Source: a bacterium (lineage in GTDB: Bacteria > Patescibacteriota > Minisyncoccia > UBA6257 > GWB1-50-10). From it: a stretch of DNA of 64,000 nt. The notes beneath the pieces are model-generated. The model was given only the letters and a program-made list of their open reading frames with translations, had not been told where the DNA came from and searched no databases. Shown here piece by piece: positions 48,580 through 57,038 of this stretch (positions are counted from its first letter, which is position 1; the number at the start of each line of letters is the position of its first letter). The position numbers and the translations under genes are program-made. The stretch covers positions 74,894-138,893 of the forward strand of contig JAUSKB010000026.1 of NCBI GenBank assembly GCA_030647415.1, in the 5' to 3' direction.

Positions 48580-48951
48580 ATGCGAACGGCTACGCTCATT
48601 GCTACGGTTTCGTTTGTTCTCATTGGTGGCGTTTTTTTACTGCCGAGACCGACACAGGCAATTCCTCTCCCATTCGGGGGGATGGTTATATGGAATATAT
48701 TCCCTCTTGTTGAGTGCTTCGGAAGCGACCCAAACCCGTTTCTCATCGCGCCCGCGGGCTTTGCGCCGCCTGGCCCCTACGGCCTCATCCCTGCCACCGT
48801 ACGGTACCTCATGAGCGTGCCGCTCCACCCTGGGTCGTTCATTCTCGGGTGGTATGACTCGCCGCCGCAGGGAATTTGTATAGCCGGCGTCCCGCCGTTC
48901 GGCTTCCCATTCTTCGCGATGCCAGTGCTCACCATCGGCTCTTCATTGTAG
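48580..48951 (+). CDS. Small secreted Pro/Gly-rich protein
   Basis: Signal peptide ending TQA, PFGG motif, 2 Cys; TGGTACACT -10 just upstream. Confidence 0.7.
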   Translation: MRTATLIATVSFVLIGGVFLLPRPTQAIPLPFGGMVIWNIFPLVECFGSDPNPFLIAPAGFAPPGPYGLIPATVRYLMSVPLHPGSFILGWYDSPPQGICIAGVPPFGFPFFAMPVLTIGSSL

Positions 48952-49009
48952 GGGCGTCTCGCGAAGAGATATTTCTGTCCGCACGGCAACGGAACGCCTG
49001 AGGAAAAAT

Positions 49010-49858
49010 GTGTATAATGACAGGGACGCTGGCGTTTCCGGCTTTCCCCCCATGCATCCGTATCTCAAACCAGGAATCATACTCGCGGCGGGCTTCTCTC
49101 TTATGCTCGTGCTGTCGTTTCAAGGTTCACTAACCGTACGCACGGGGGGGGGGGCCGTGGACGCGCAACCGAAATCATGGGAACGTTCCCTGACAACCGC
49201 ACCGGCGACTCCCACCACAGCGGCGGGGGGGGCGGCCGACTCTCGGAGTCGGGGTGACACGAGGGGAGGGGAGAACTACACAACAAACCTCACGGACCAG
49301 CTCACCGCTTCGTACGTGAATCAGGTCACCGCGCTCGGCGAACGCGGTATCGCGAATGGAAAACTGGCGGCGCCGAACCAGCAGCAAATCGAGTTGGTGC
49401 TCGCGCAGAATATTTCCACCTCGCTCACGGCGCCGAAAATCGCCGAGCGCGATCTCTCCCAGAGCGCGGGGGGGGCGGCCGACGAGGTGCGATACTTCAA
49501 CGAACTCGGCGCGGTAACGAGCCGGATATTCGGCGAATCTCCGGTCACTGTGTTCGACGCGCTCCGCGAGTACCAGGAGGGGGGGGACGCGGGTTCGTTT
49601 CAGAAACTCGCCAGCATCGCCGAGTTGGCGTCCCAGGAACTGCGAGTGGTAGCCGTTCCTCCGCGGTACCTCGCGCTCCACATGGAGCTCGCGAACCTCT
49701 GGGAGAAGAAGCGTGTCGCCTACACCGCTATTGTGGAAACGGCGAGCGATCCACTCAAGGCATATCTCGCAGTCCAGACGCTCCCCGAGCTCACCACGAA
49801 AACTGACGAGCTCCAGGCCCGCTATGTCGCCGTAGCGGATGGTCCTGCACTACCGTAG
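49010..49858 (+). CDS. Membrane-anchored hypothetical protein (start possibly 49052)
   Basis: N-terminal TM, NLTDQL motif, helical C-terminus. Confidence 0.7.
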   Translation: MYNDRDAGVSGFPPMHPYLKPGIILAAGFSLMLVLSFQGSLTVRTGGGAVDAQPKSWERSLTTAPATPTTAAGGAADSRSRGDTRGGENYTTNLTDQLTASYVNQVTALGERGIANGKLAAPNQQQIELVLAQNISTSLTAPKIAERDLSQSAGGAADEVRYFNELGAVTSRIFGESPVTVFDALREYQEGGDAGSFQKLASIAELASQELRVVAVPPRYLALHMELANLWEKKRVAYTAIVETASDPLKAYLAVQTLPELTTKTDELQARYVAVADGPALP

Positions 49859-49863
49859 TTTCC

Positions 49864-51564
49864 ATGCGACACTTCATCATCAGTTTCCTCATCGCCGGTA
49901 TTGTGACCGCCGGGCTCTTCGTGCCGCGCGCTCCCGCGAGCGCGCTCGCGGTTCCCGTGTTCGACCCCGCACATACCGGAACCACCGCTGGCGGATGGGT
50001 TGCACAAGCGGTGCGCTTCACGCTCGAGCAAACGCTGAAGGCGTTGCTCGAAACACTGAAAAAACGCCTCCTCGACACCATGACCGACCAGGTCATCACC
50101 TGGATTCAGGGCGGAGGGGAGCCGCGGTTCGTCCAAAACTTCGGCGACGTCCTGGGCGATGCGGGGAGCATCGCGGTGGACGCGACCGTCCGGGAGCTCC
50201 GGCAGGTGGAGTTCTTCGACCCCGCGCTCCTCTCCATGCTCGAGGGAGGGGTTGCCGCGGGCGCCACGCGTTCGTTCGTGGAACGCCTCACCCCCACCCT
50301 CCCCGACGTCGTGCCGAGCGTGCAGCAGTTTCGGGGGAACTTCGACGCGGGCGGCTTCCTCGCCTACCGCGAGCTCTTCAACCCGCAGAACAATCCGTGG
50401 GGACTCCAGATGCTCGTCGAAGACGAGGTGATCCGGAAGGCGGCGGCGGAAACAGAGAAGGCAAAAATTGAACAGGTCGCCGAGCAGGGGTTCGAGGGAC
50501 AGAAACGGTGTCTCCTCTGGACGCGGAGCGTCCTCATGCAGAGCGGACCTGATGTGGAGCAGACCTTTCAGCCGGGAGACACGGGGTGGCTCGAACAGTT
50601 CTACAACCTAAAGACACCGCCGACTGGCCGGCCCCTCCCCCCCAATCCGGTACCGGGAATCTACCCCTGGCTCTGCGAACCGGGGAACCAGGAGCGCACG
50701 ACGCCGGGGAGTGCAATCGCCGAGGGGGTGCGCCGGTCGCTTTTCACCGACGTTGATTATGTCGCGAACTCGGATAGTCTCGGGAAGTACCTCGCCGCCA
50801 TCATGGACGCGGCCTTCAACCGCATGATCCGCGACGCGGGGGGGGCGGCGGAACGTCTCGTCCGAGGTTTTGCGGGGCTTGAGAAGTCACAAACCGGACG
50901 ACCGCAAAGCCAACAATTTATCCCTCCCCTGCCGGAAACACCATCGGGCCTCCTCGAGGGGTCACAAGGGGGGTACACCTCGGGGACTATTAGCATCCAA
51001 CAGCAGGAAATTGCGGCGCTGAACGATATGAAGCAGCTACTCCTCTCGACGATAGACCGTTTGAAACAGAACCTGACGACGATCCGCCAGACACTCATTG
51101 ATACGCTCGCGGCAGACCAGGCGGGGCTCCGCGCGCTCACCTATGGTTTAACACCGCGGGGGCTCTTCCAGTGCTTCACGCAGGACCCCCTCGACCCCAC
51201 CAGAACGCCGCCGCCCAGCTTCGTGCCGCCAAACTTGAGTATCACCACTATTTCCTCGCACGTTTCCCAAATGTCGCTCGCGGCGACCACGAGGAGGAAT
51301 GATATCAACACGAATAAAATCCCATCCTTGAACGCGACCACCACGCACGCAAACATTCTCCGTGGTCAGATCGCCGCAACCGTGCTCCCGAGAGATCGCG
51401 ACCTCCTCATGAACTCGTTCAGGGTGTCGGTACAGAACCTGGAGAATGATATCGGCTCGTTCGAGGGGTCCGTACAAACCGTCGCTCTGGCATCACAAAC
51501 ATTCAAAAATAACACGCTGCAGAACCTCGCCGAGTGCGAGCGGACCCGCCTCACCCCCCTGTAA
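49864..51564 (+). CDS. Large secreted protein of the VirB4-associated cluster
   Basis: Signal peptide then AVPVFD (VirB5/TrbJ-like start), WIQGGGEPRFV, TPGSAI. Confidence 0.7.
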   Translation: MRHFIISFLIAGIVTAGLFVPRAPASALAVPVFDPAHTGTTAGGWVAQAVRFTLEQTLKALLETLKKRLLDTMTDQVITWIQGGGEPRFVQNFGDVLGDAGSIAVDATVRELRQVEFFDPALLSMLEGGVAAGATRSFVERLTPTLPDVVPSVQQFRGNFDAGGFLAYRELFNPQNNPWGLQMLVEDEVIRKAAAETEKAKIEQVAEQGFEGQKRCLLWTRSVLMQSGPDVEQTFQPGDTGWLEQFYNLKTPPTGRPLPPNPVPGIYPWLCEPGNQERTTPGSAIAEGVRRSLFTDVDYVANSDSLGKYLAAIMDAAFNRMIRDAGGAAERLVRGFAGLEKSQTGRPQSQQFIPPLPETPSGLLEGSQGGYTSGTISIQQQEIAALNDMKQLLLSTIDRLKQNLTTIRQTLIDTLAADQAGLRALTYGLTPRGLFQCFTQDPLDPTRTPPPSFVPPNLSITTISSHVSQMSLAATTRRNDINTNKIPSLNATTTHANILRGQIAATVLPRDRDLLMNSFRVSVQNLENDIGSFEGSVQTVALASQTFKNNTLQNLAECERTRLTPL

Positions 51565-51570
51565 ACGCCA

Positions 51571-53883
51571 ATGCGCACGAAACGAACGGTAAGCATCTTC
51601 CTCGCCGCCGCGCTCCTCACCGCGGGCGGGTTCTTTGCTGTAACTAATACTGCACACGCGCTGATGTACGGCAATAATTCTAATCCTATTAAGCAGTGGC
51701 TAGTAGGTACAGGCCTCGACATCCTCCAGGCGTTCGCTACCGGCATTTCGTACATCCTGAACTTCCTTGGGGGTCTCGCCTTCGCCTTCGGGAACATGCT
51801 GACCCAGACGATGTTGGCACTCAACTACCAGGTGCTCGACAGTTCGAACACCATCGTAACCGTCGGGTGGGGCATCACGCGGGATGTGGCGAACCTCGGC
51901 TTCGTCCTCCTCATTATCTTGGTCGCGCTCGCGACCATCGTCCGCTACCCCTCGGAGTACCAGGCGCAAAAGCTCCTGCCCCGCCTCATCGCCGCCGCCC
52001 TCCTTGTGAACTTCTCGATCGCCATCGTAACGCCGCTCATTGATTTTTCGGACACCTTGACGCAGAGCTTCGCATCGCGTATCGGTGGCGATGATTTGCC
52101 CGGCATTCCTGGGTCCGGATTCGTCGGGCGAATCTCAAATGCCTTCGGCCCCCATCGGCTTCTTATCCCCCCTGCGGGAGGTTTACCTGAACCGGTAGGT
52201 TTCAATACTTTTAGCAAGGCGTTCCTCACGACCGTCGGCGGGCTCTTTTTCAGCTTCATATTCACCTGGCTCGCCGCCCTCGTCATGCTCGCCATCGCCT
52301 TCATGCTCTTCCTCCGGTATGTGCACCTGACCTTCCTCCTCGCCATCGCGCCTATTGTCTGGCTCTTCTGGGTCTTCCCGGGGCTCGAGAAGCACTGGAG
52401 CACCTGGTGGAGCGATTTCCTCAAGTGGGTTTTCTTCGCGCCCGCGGTCATGTTCTTCATCTACCTCGCGGTTACGGCGATGGATGCTATGGGATCGATG
52501 CCTGTCGAGGGGCTCACGGGGTCGGACTTCTTTGAAACCTTTATTCTTTCGATCATCTCGCAGGGAACCCAGATGGCCGTCCTCGGCGCCTTCCTTGTCG
52601 GCTCGCTCATCGTCGGCCAGAAGTTCGGCATCGCCGGGGCGGGGGCGGCATTGAACATCGCAAAGGCGGCAAAAACGCAGGGGCTGAAGCTCGCGGGCCA
52701 GCGGGTGAAGCTCGCGGGGCGGGCGGCGGCGGGGAAGGCTAGTACGGTACTCAAGGGCGGTCTCGAAGAAAAGGGTTTGATGAAGTACCCGAAGAAGGGG
52801 TTGAATCTCATGGGCCGTGGCACCTCGTTCGTGCTCGGCGGTGGTAAAAAGTTAGATGAGGCATTAAAGGTAAAGGACACTGATTCGGGTTTCAAGAAGC
52901 TTGGCAAGCGTTTTGCGGGTGGTGTTCTTGGCGTCACTGGCGGACGCGCCCTCTTGAAGGGTGCGGGTGGGCTTGAGAAAACACTCACTACCGCCTCCGG
53001 CCGCGACGTGAAGGTGGACTCGGTCGGCGGCGCGATGTTCAAGACCGTGAAGGGGGAGTTCCTGAAAGAGATGGGCTTTGAACAGGAAAAGCCTGAGAAG
53101 ACGACGGACGATCATGTGAAGGATCTGAAGGATGTTGTGAAACAGAAAAAAGCATTGAAAGACAAGGGCGCGCTCACGCCAGAATCAGAGAAGGAGTGGG
53201 ATAAGAAGATCGAGCGGGCGAAGGGGATGGTCCGCAACTCGCTCGAGCGGCCAGGGACCCCAGAGGGGTTGGACAGGCAAATCGAGCAGCTGAAGAGCAA
53301 GCAGGCGGAATTCTACGACCCGAAGAATGGCCTCGATGGCAGCGTATTCGACGACCTCATTAAGGAAAGGGTGATTGAGCGGGATCGGATCATAGAACGC
53401 GAGGGCAGGAAATCCGACGCGACACGCGAGGTTGAGGCGAAAATAGGCGAGCTGAACGGAGGGCGAATCGCCGCGCTGAAGGCGGGGGACCCGGAGGTCA
53501 CCGTCAAAACAAAACAGACGCAACCGGACGGCACCGAAGTGGAGGTTGAGCGGCAGCAGAAGTTGAGTTCGCTGTTTGATGAACAGATCGTGGCCGCGGA
53601 AAAAATCCGAACCGCCCTATTCGACGTCGACGAGCGACTGCGAAAGAACGAGCCGTGGAAGGACCAACAGCTCCAAATGGGGCTTGAAAAACTTCGAGAC
53701 AACATTACGGGCTTGAACAAGGGAATCACCGGTCTCTCCAGGGTCGTTGACAACACGAAAAACGCCGCGTTAGTGAAGCCGGGGTTGATCCAATGGGAAC
53801 CGTTTAAACAAACAGAAGAGAAGGCTAGCGGCGGTGCGAATAAGAAAGGAGATGGTGGCACCGTAGACACCGACACCTCGTAA
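51571..53883 (+). CDS. VirB6/TrbL-like polytopic membrane protein
   Basis: GW..TRDVAN, LIAAALLVNFS, R.V.L..L...AP, W..W multi-TM core; charged tail. Confidence 0.75.
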   Translation: MRTKRTVSIFLAAALLTAGGFFAVTNTAHALMYGNNSNPIKQWLVGTGLDILQAFATGISYILNFLGGLAFAFGNMLTQTMLALNYQVLDSSNTIVTVGWGITRDVANLGFVLLIILVALATIVRYPSEYQAQKLLPRLIAAALLVNFSIAIVTPLIDFSDTLTQSFASRIGGDDLPGIPGSGFVGRISNAFGPHRLLIPPAGGLPEPVGFNTFSKAFLTTVGGLFFSFIFTWLAALVMLAIAFMLFLRYVHLTFLLAIAPIVWLFWVFPGLEKHWSTWWSDFLKWVFFAPAVMFFIYLAVTAMDAMGSMPVEGLTGSDFFETFILSIISQGTQMAVLGAFLVGSLIVGQKFGIAGAGAALNIAKAAKTQGLKLAGQRVKLAGRAAAGKASTVLKGGLEEKGLMKYPKKGLNLMGRGTSFVLGGGKKLDEALKVKDTDSGFKKLGKRFAGGVLGVTGGRALLKGAGGLEKTLTTASGRDVKVDSVGGAMFKTVKGEFLKEMGFEQEKPEKTTDDHVKDLKDVVKQKKALKDKGALTPESEKEWDKKIERAKGMVRNSLERPGTPEGLDRQIEQLKSKQAEFYDPKNGLDGSVFDDLIKERVIERDRIIEREGRKSDATREVEAKIGELNGGRIAALKAGDPEVTVKTKQTQPDGTEVEVERQQKLSSLFDEQIVAAEKIRTALFDVDERLRKNEPWKDQQLQMGLEKLRDNITGLNKGITGLSRVVDNTKNAALVKPGLIQWEPFKQTEEKASGGANKKGDGGTVDTDTS

Positions 53884-53967
53884 TCTAATCTCAACAAGCA
53901 GAGGCAAGCTGAGGCCGAGCGGCAGCGGAAAGCCGGTGGAGCAACACCAAATCCATAACCCATTTAT

Positions 53968-54067
53968 CCTGTTAGAAGTTTACAGATAGTTATTTATATG
54001 GAAAATATTATTGTTATGCAAAATAAAATTGTGAAGTGGCGGTGTTTGCGCGTAAACTTCTAACAGG
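53968..54067. repeat. 100-bp inverted-repeat element copy 12
   Basis: cctgttagaagtttac ... gtaaacttctaacagg followed directly by ATG. Confidence 0.9.
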
Positions 54068-55072
54068 ATGAACCTCTCGAATATAACTTTTGAGCTGCTC
54101 TCCGAACGGTACGAGGAGATACCGGAACGGTTTCGGGAGCTCCTCGAGTCACCCGGCACAAAAACAACACTCGTGCGCATCGGGGCGCAACACGCGCTTG
54201 ACCACGAACGGCAAACACTCCTTGAGGCGCTGGTCGGTCTTGTCTTCACCGGTTTCCTCTCCCCGGATGACCTCGCGGGGGAGTTTGTCGACCGCCTCTT
54301 CCTGAACTTCGTCCACGCCCGCGCGCTCGCCCGCGAGGTGGACGAGACCTTCTTCGCGCCGCACCGCCGCGACCTCGTTCGCGTCTACAACCCCGTGGGC
54401 GGGGTACCGCAGGGCCCAACCGTCCGGAGTGCGGAACGACCTATGATTGGATTGCCTTCACAAGTAGGAAAGACGATTTCACTTGAATCCATCGGCGCTT
54501 CAGGCGGTAGGGAACAAAAGCTTCCCATTAACGAGGTTGCGGCGCCGCTCGTGATTCTCGGCTCCAGCTCCCCCACCCTCCGCAAACCGATTATTCCGAA
54601 CCGCCCGCCGGAACGCCTGTTTGCCAGCCAGGCAGGCCTGCCTACCCATCCGACCGAGTTATCCGGGCGAGCCGGACAAACGGTTTCGGAGAAGCCGGTG
54701 TACCACTCACCCTTTTCCTTCCGGTTCCCGTTCCGCTCACCGCAGGCGGCGCGTACCCCGCTGGGCGACTCCACGGGACCGACCGCGACCGTCCGATTGC
54801 CCGGCAGTGCGGCACCAGCGCAGAAGAAGGATGGGCTTCATATTGTCCACTATGCGGAAACACGCGGGAGACTCGGCCCGCCGCTATCAACCGGAAAGGG
54901 GGGGGTAGTGAACCTGGACCAGCTGGGGGCGCAGCAAAGAAAAGAGACAAGAGAAAAAGGACAAGAGACGCCCATCGCACCGACAACCGACAACCGACAA
55001 CCGACAACCATCCCGAAACCACAGCCGAAGATCGATGGGAACACCATAGACCTCCGGGCAAATAAACTCTAA
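54068..55072 (+). CDS. Hypothetical protein, helical N-domain plus disordered tail with repeat insertions
   Basis: VGLVFTGFL..DL..E motif; VHY and IDLR tail motifs. Confidence 0.75.
   Translation: MNLSNITFELLSERYEEIPERFRELLESPGTKTTLVRIGAQHALDHERQTLLEALVGLVFTGFLSPDDLAGEFVDRLFLNFVHARALAREVDETFFAPHRRDLVRVYNPVGGVPQGPTVRSAERPMIGLPSQVGKTISLESIGASGGREQKLPINEVAAPLVILGSSSPTLRKPIIPNRPPERLFASQAGLPTHPTELSGRAGQTVSEKPVYHSPFSFRFPFRSPQAARTPLGDSTGPTATVRLPGSAAPAQKKDGLHIVHYAETRGRLGPPLSTGKGGVVNLDQLGAQQRKETREKGQETPIAPTTDNRQPTTIPKPQPKIDGNTIDLRANKL
54645..54671. repeat. 27-bp unit copy 5 (inverted, 3 mismatches)
   Basis: cccatccgaccgagttatccgggcgag. Confidence 0.8.
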
Positions 55073-55577
55073 ATCCGAAACTCTAAATCCTAAACAAGCA
55101 CGAAATTCTAAACTCTAAACCACTGCATTATGGAACCGAGCGTGGGCTTGAAACGGTATGATTTGGAGGCGCGAACGCTTCAATTTACAAGGGATGTCAT
55201 TTCGTTCGTTTCCGCCCTTCCCCGGAGTATTGCCAATATTGAAATCATCAAACAGCTCATCCGGGCGACTGGTTCGGTGGGAGCGAATTATATAGAAGCG
55301 AATGAGTCCGTAAGCAGAAAGGACTTTCTCTTACGAGTTAAGATTTCCAAAAAAGAGTCGCGAGAGGCAATATACTGGTTGGAGCTCGTACAATGCTCAA
55401 ATGAGCAATGTGAAGTTAGGAGGCGTGAATTGATCCGAGAAGCGACCGAGCTCATGAAAATTCTCGGTTCAATCGTCGAAAAATCATCTCGGTGATATTG
55501 CATTCATGATTTTTCCCTGTTTCGGATTTGAGATTTGGAATTTGTTTAGGGTTTAGGGTTTCGAATTTAGAATTTAT
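55062..55577. mobile_element. Heptamer inverted-repeat cassette carrying a four-helix-bundle gene
   Basis: (ctctaaa/tccgaaa/tcctaaa)n left arm and complementary (tttagga/tttcgaa)n right arm. Confidence 0.65.
55130..55495 (+). CDS. Four helix bundle protein (23S rRNA IVP/Avd-like family)
   Basis: YDLEART..F, KQLIRATGSVGANYIEA, SKKESREAIYWL. Confidence 0.92.
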   Translation: MEPSVGLKRYDLEARTLQFTRDVISFVSALPRSIANIEIIKQLIRATGSVGANYIEANESVSRKDFLLRVKISKKESREAIYWLELVQCSNEQCEVRRRELIREATELMKILGSIVEKSSR

Positions 55578-55581
55578 CTGT

Positions 55582-56079
55582 ATGAATTTTCAGGTCCCCC
55601 AATTCATCTCGGAAAAGGCCCACATCATCGGGCCGCTCACCTTCGCCCAGCTCGGCTACCTCATGGGCGCGGGCTTTATCGCGTTCCTTTTCTTCTCATT
55701 TTTCACGCCGTTCGTCGCGGGCTCGTTTTCTGCGGTGTTTGTCGGGGTCGCGCTCGCGCTCGCGCTCGGAAAGTTCAATGGGGTGAGTATTGCATCCATC
55801 CTTGTCGGCGCGGTCGGGTACCTCTGGAAGCCACGGGTGTACACCTGGCAACGGACATTTGCCACACAGACCTTTGACGCCTCAAGCGTAGATAAAATAG
55901 AGGCGATGCGGCGGAAGATGGGCGTCGAGGAAAAACTCAAGGCGATTGCGCTTTCGGTCACCACCGGAAAGATCTTCGCGCCAAAGGCGCCGGAGGTCGC
56001 CGCTGATGCCCAGCGATTCCAAATGGTGAGCTACCTGACCGGTGAAAAGAAGCTCGCGAAGAGAATCGACTACAGGTAG
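55582..56079 (+). CDS. PrgI family (VirB3-like) protein
   Basis: FQVPQFI, IIGPLTF.Q, 2 TM, KPRVYTW. Confidence 0.85.
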   Translation: MNFQVPQFISEKAHIIGPLTFAQLGYLMGAGFIAFLFFSFFTPFVAGSFSAVFVGVALALALGKFNGVSIASILVGAVGYLWKPRVYTWQRTFATQTFDASSVDKIEAMRRKMGVEEKLKAIALSVTTGKIFAPKAPEVAADAQRFQMVSYLTGEKKLAKRIDYR

Positions 56080-56087
56080 AATAAGGT

Positions 56088-56225
56088 AAGCTCTAAATCC
56101 GAAACCCTAAATCCTAAACAAATTCGAAATTCCAAACACACTCATAAATGATGATGAAACATGATGCCATTTCGAATTTCGTGCTTGGAATTTGTTTAGA
56201 GTTTCGATATTAGGATTTAGAATTT
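56088..56225. repeat. Empty heptamer inverted-repeat cassette
   Basis: Same arms as 55062-55577 with ~33-nt loop. Confidence 0.88.
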
Positions 56226-56227
56226 CT

Positions 56228-56893
56228 ATGGAAAAGGGTCTCCCCACACAATCATTTGTCGCCGTCAAAGAGGTTCGAAACGGCATCGTCCACCTGAAAG
56301 ACGGCGGCCTGCGCCAGCTCCTCATCGTCTCCGGCGTGAACTTCGACCTGAAGGCGGAGGAGGAGCAGGCACTTATTCTGAACACCTTCCAAAATTTCCT
56401 GAACACGCTCGACTTCACGATGCAGTGCTTCATCCATTCCCGGAAGGTGAATGTGGACACCTACCTGGACCGCATGCGCTCGCGGCAGCTCGAGGAACCG
56501 AATGAGCTCTTGAAGATCCAGATTGCCGAGTATATCGACTTCATCGCCGCGTTCGTGGACCAGAACGCCATCATATCAAAAACCTTCTTTGTGGTGGTCC
56601 CGTACGATCCGCCAGTGACGTCCGGAGCGGCGACCAAGGGCGTGCTTGGCTTCTTCAAGAAACGCGAGGCGGCGACGGTCATCGCGGACGAGGCGGCAAC
56701 GCTCCAGGAGCACTTGAAGCAGCTCGAACAGCGGGTGACACAGGCGACCGAGGGCCTCCTCCAGATCGGGCTACGGGCAGTCCGGCTCCGCGACGACGAG
56801 ACCATCGAGTTGTTCTACAACCTCTACAATCCGGAACTGGTCGAGAAGAAGGGGCTCGACATAGCAAAGCCAGACAAAGCCGGAAAATCCTAA
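56228..56893 (+). CDS. VirB4-associated protein (TraC N-terminal-like)
   Basis: TQSFV, GVNFDLK.EEEQ, FLNTLDF, FFVVVPY, LFYNLYNP. Confidence 0.75.
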   Translation: MEKGLPTQSFVAVKEVRNGIVHLKDGGLRQLLIVSGVNFDLKAEEEQALILNTFQNFLNTLDFTMQCFIHSRKVNVDTYLDRMRSRQLEEPNELLKIQIAEYIDFIAAFVDQNAIISKTFFVVVPYDPPVTSGAATKGVLGFFKKREAATVIADEAATLQEHLKQLEQRVTQATEGLLQIGLRAVRLRDDETIELFYNLYNPELVEKKGLDIAKPDKAGKS

Positions 56894-57010
56894 GCACGAA
56901 ACCCTAAATCCTAAACAAACCCGAATGTTCCAAATCCGAAACGGTGCGCATGCGTTTGTGGTTTCGTGCTTCGATATTGTTTCGGATTTCGATATTAGAA
57001 TTTAGGATTT
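56885..57010. repeat. Empty heptamer inverted-repeat cassette
   Basis: Same arm family with ~20-nt loop. Confidence 0.88.
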
Positions 57011-57038
57011 CTAACACAGAACTTATACCACTACGACC

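Noticed and set aside
55130-55495. Diversity-generating retroelement (Avd)
   Set aside because: No reverse transcriptase and no TR/VR pair differing at adenines was seen in the window.
55528-56227. N-terminal extensions of ORFs 55528 and 56192 (also 10974, 38448)
   Set aside because: The extensions run through repeat arms or upstream genes; family motifs begin at downstream ATGs (55582, 56228, 11028, 38487).
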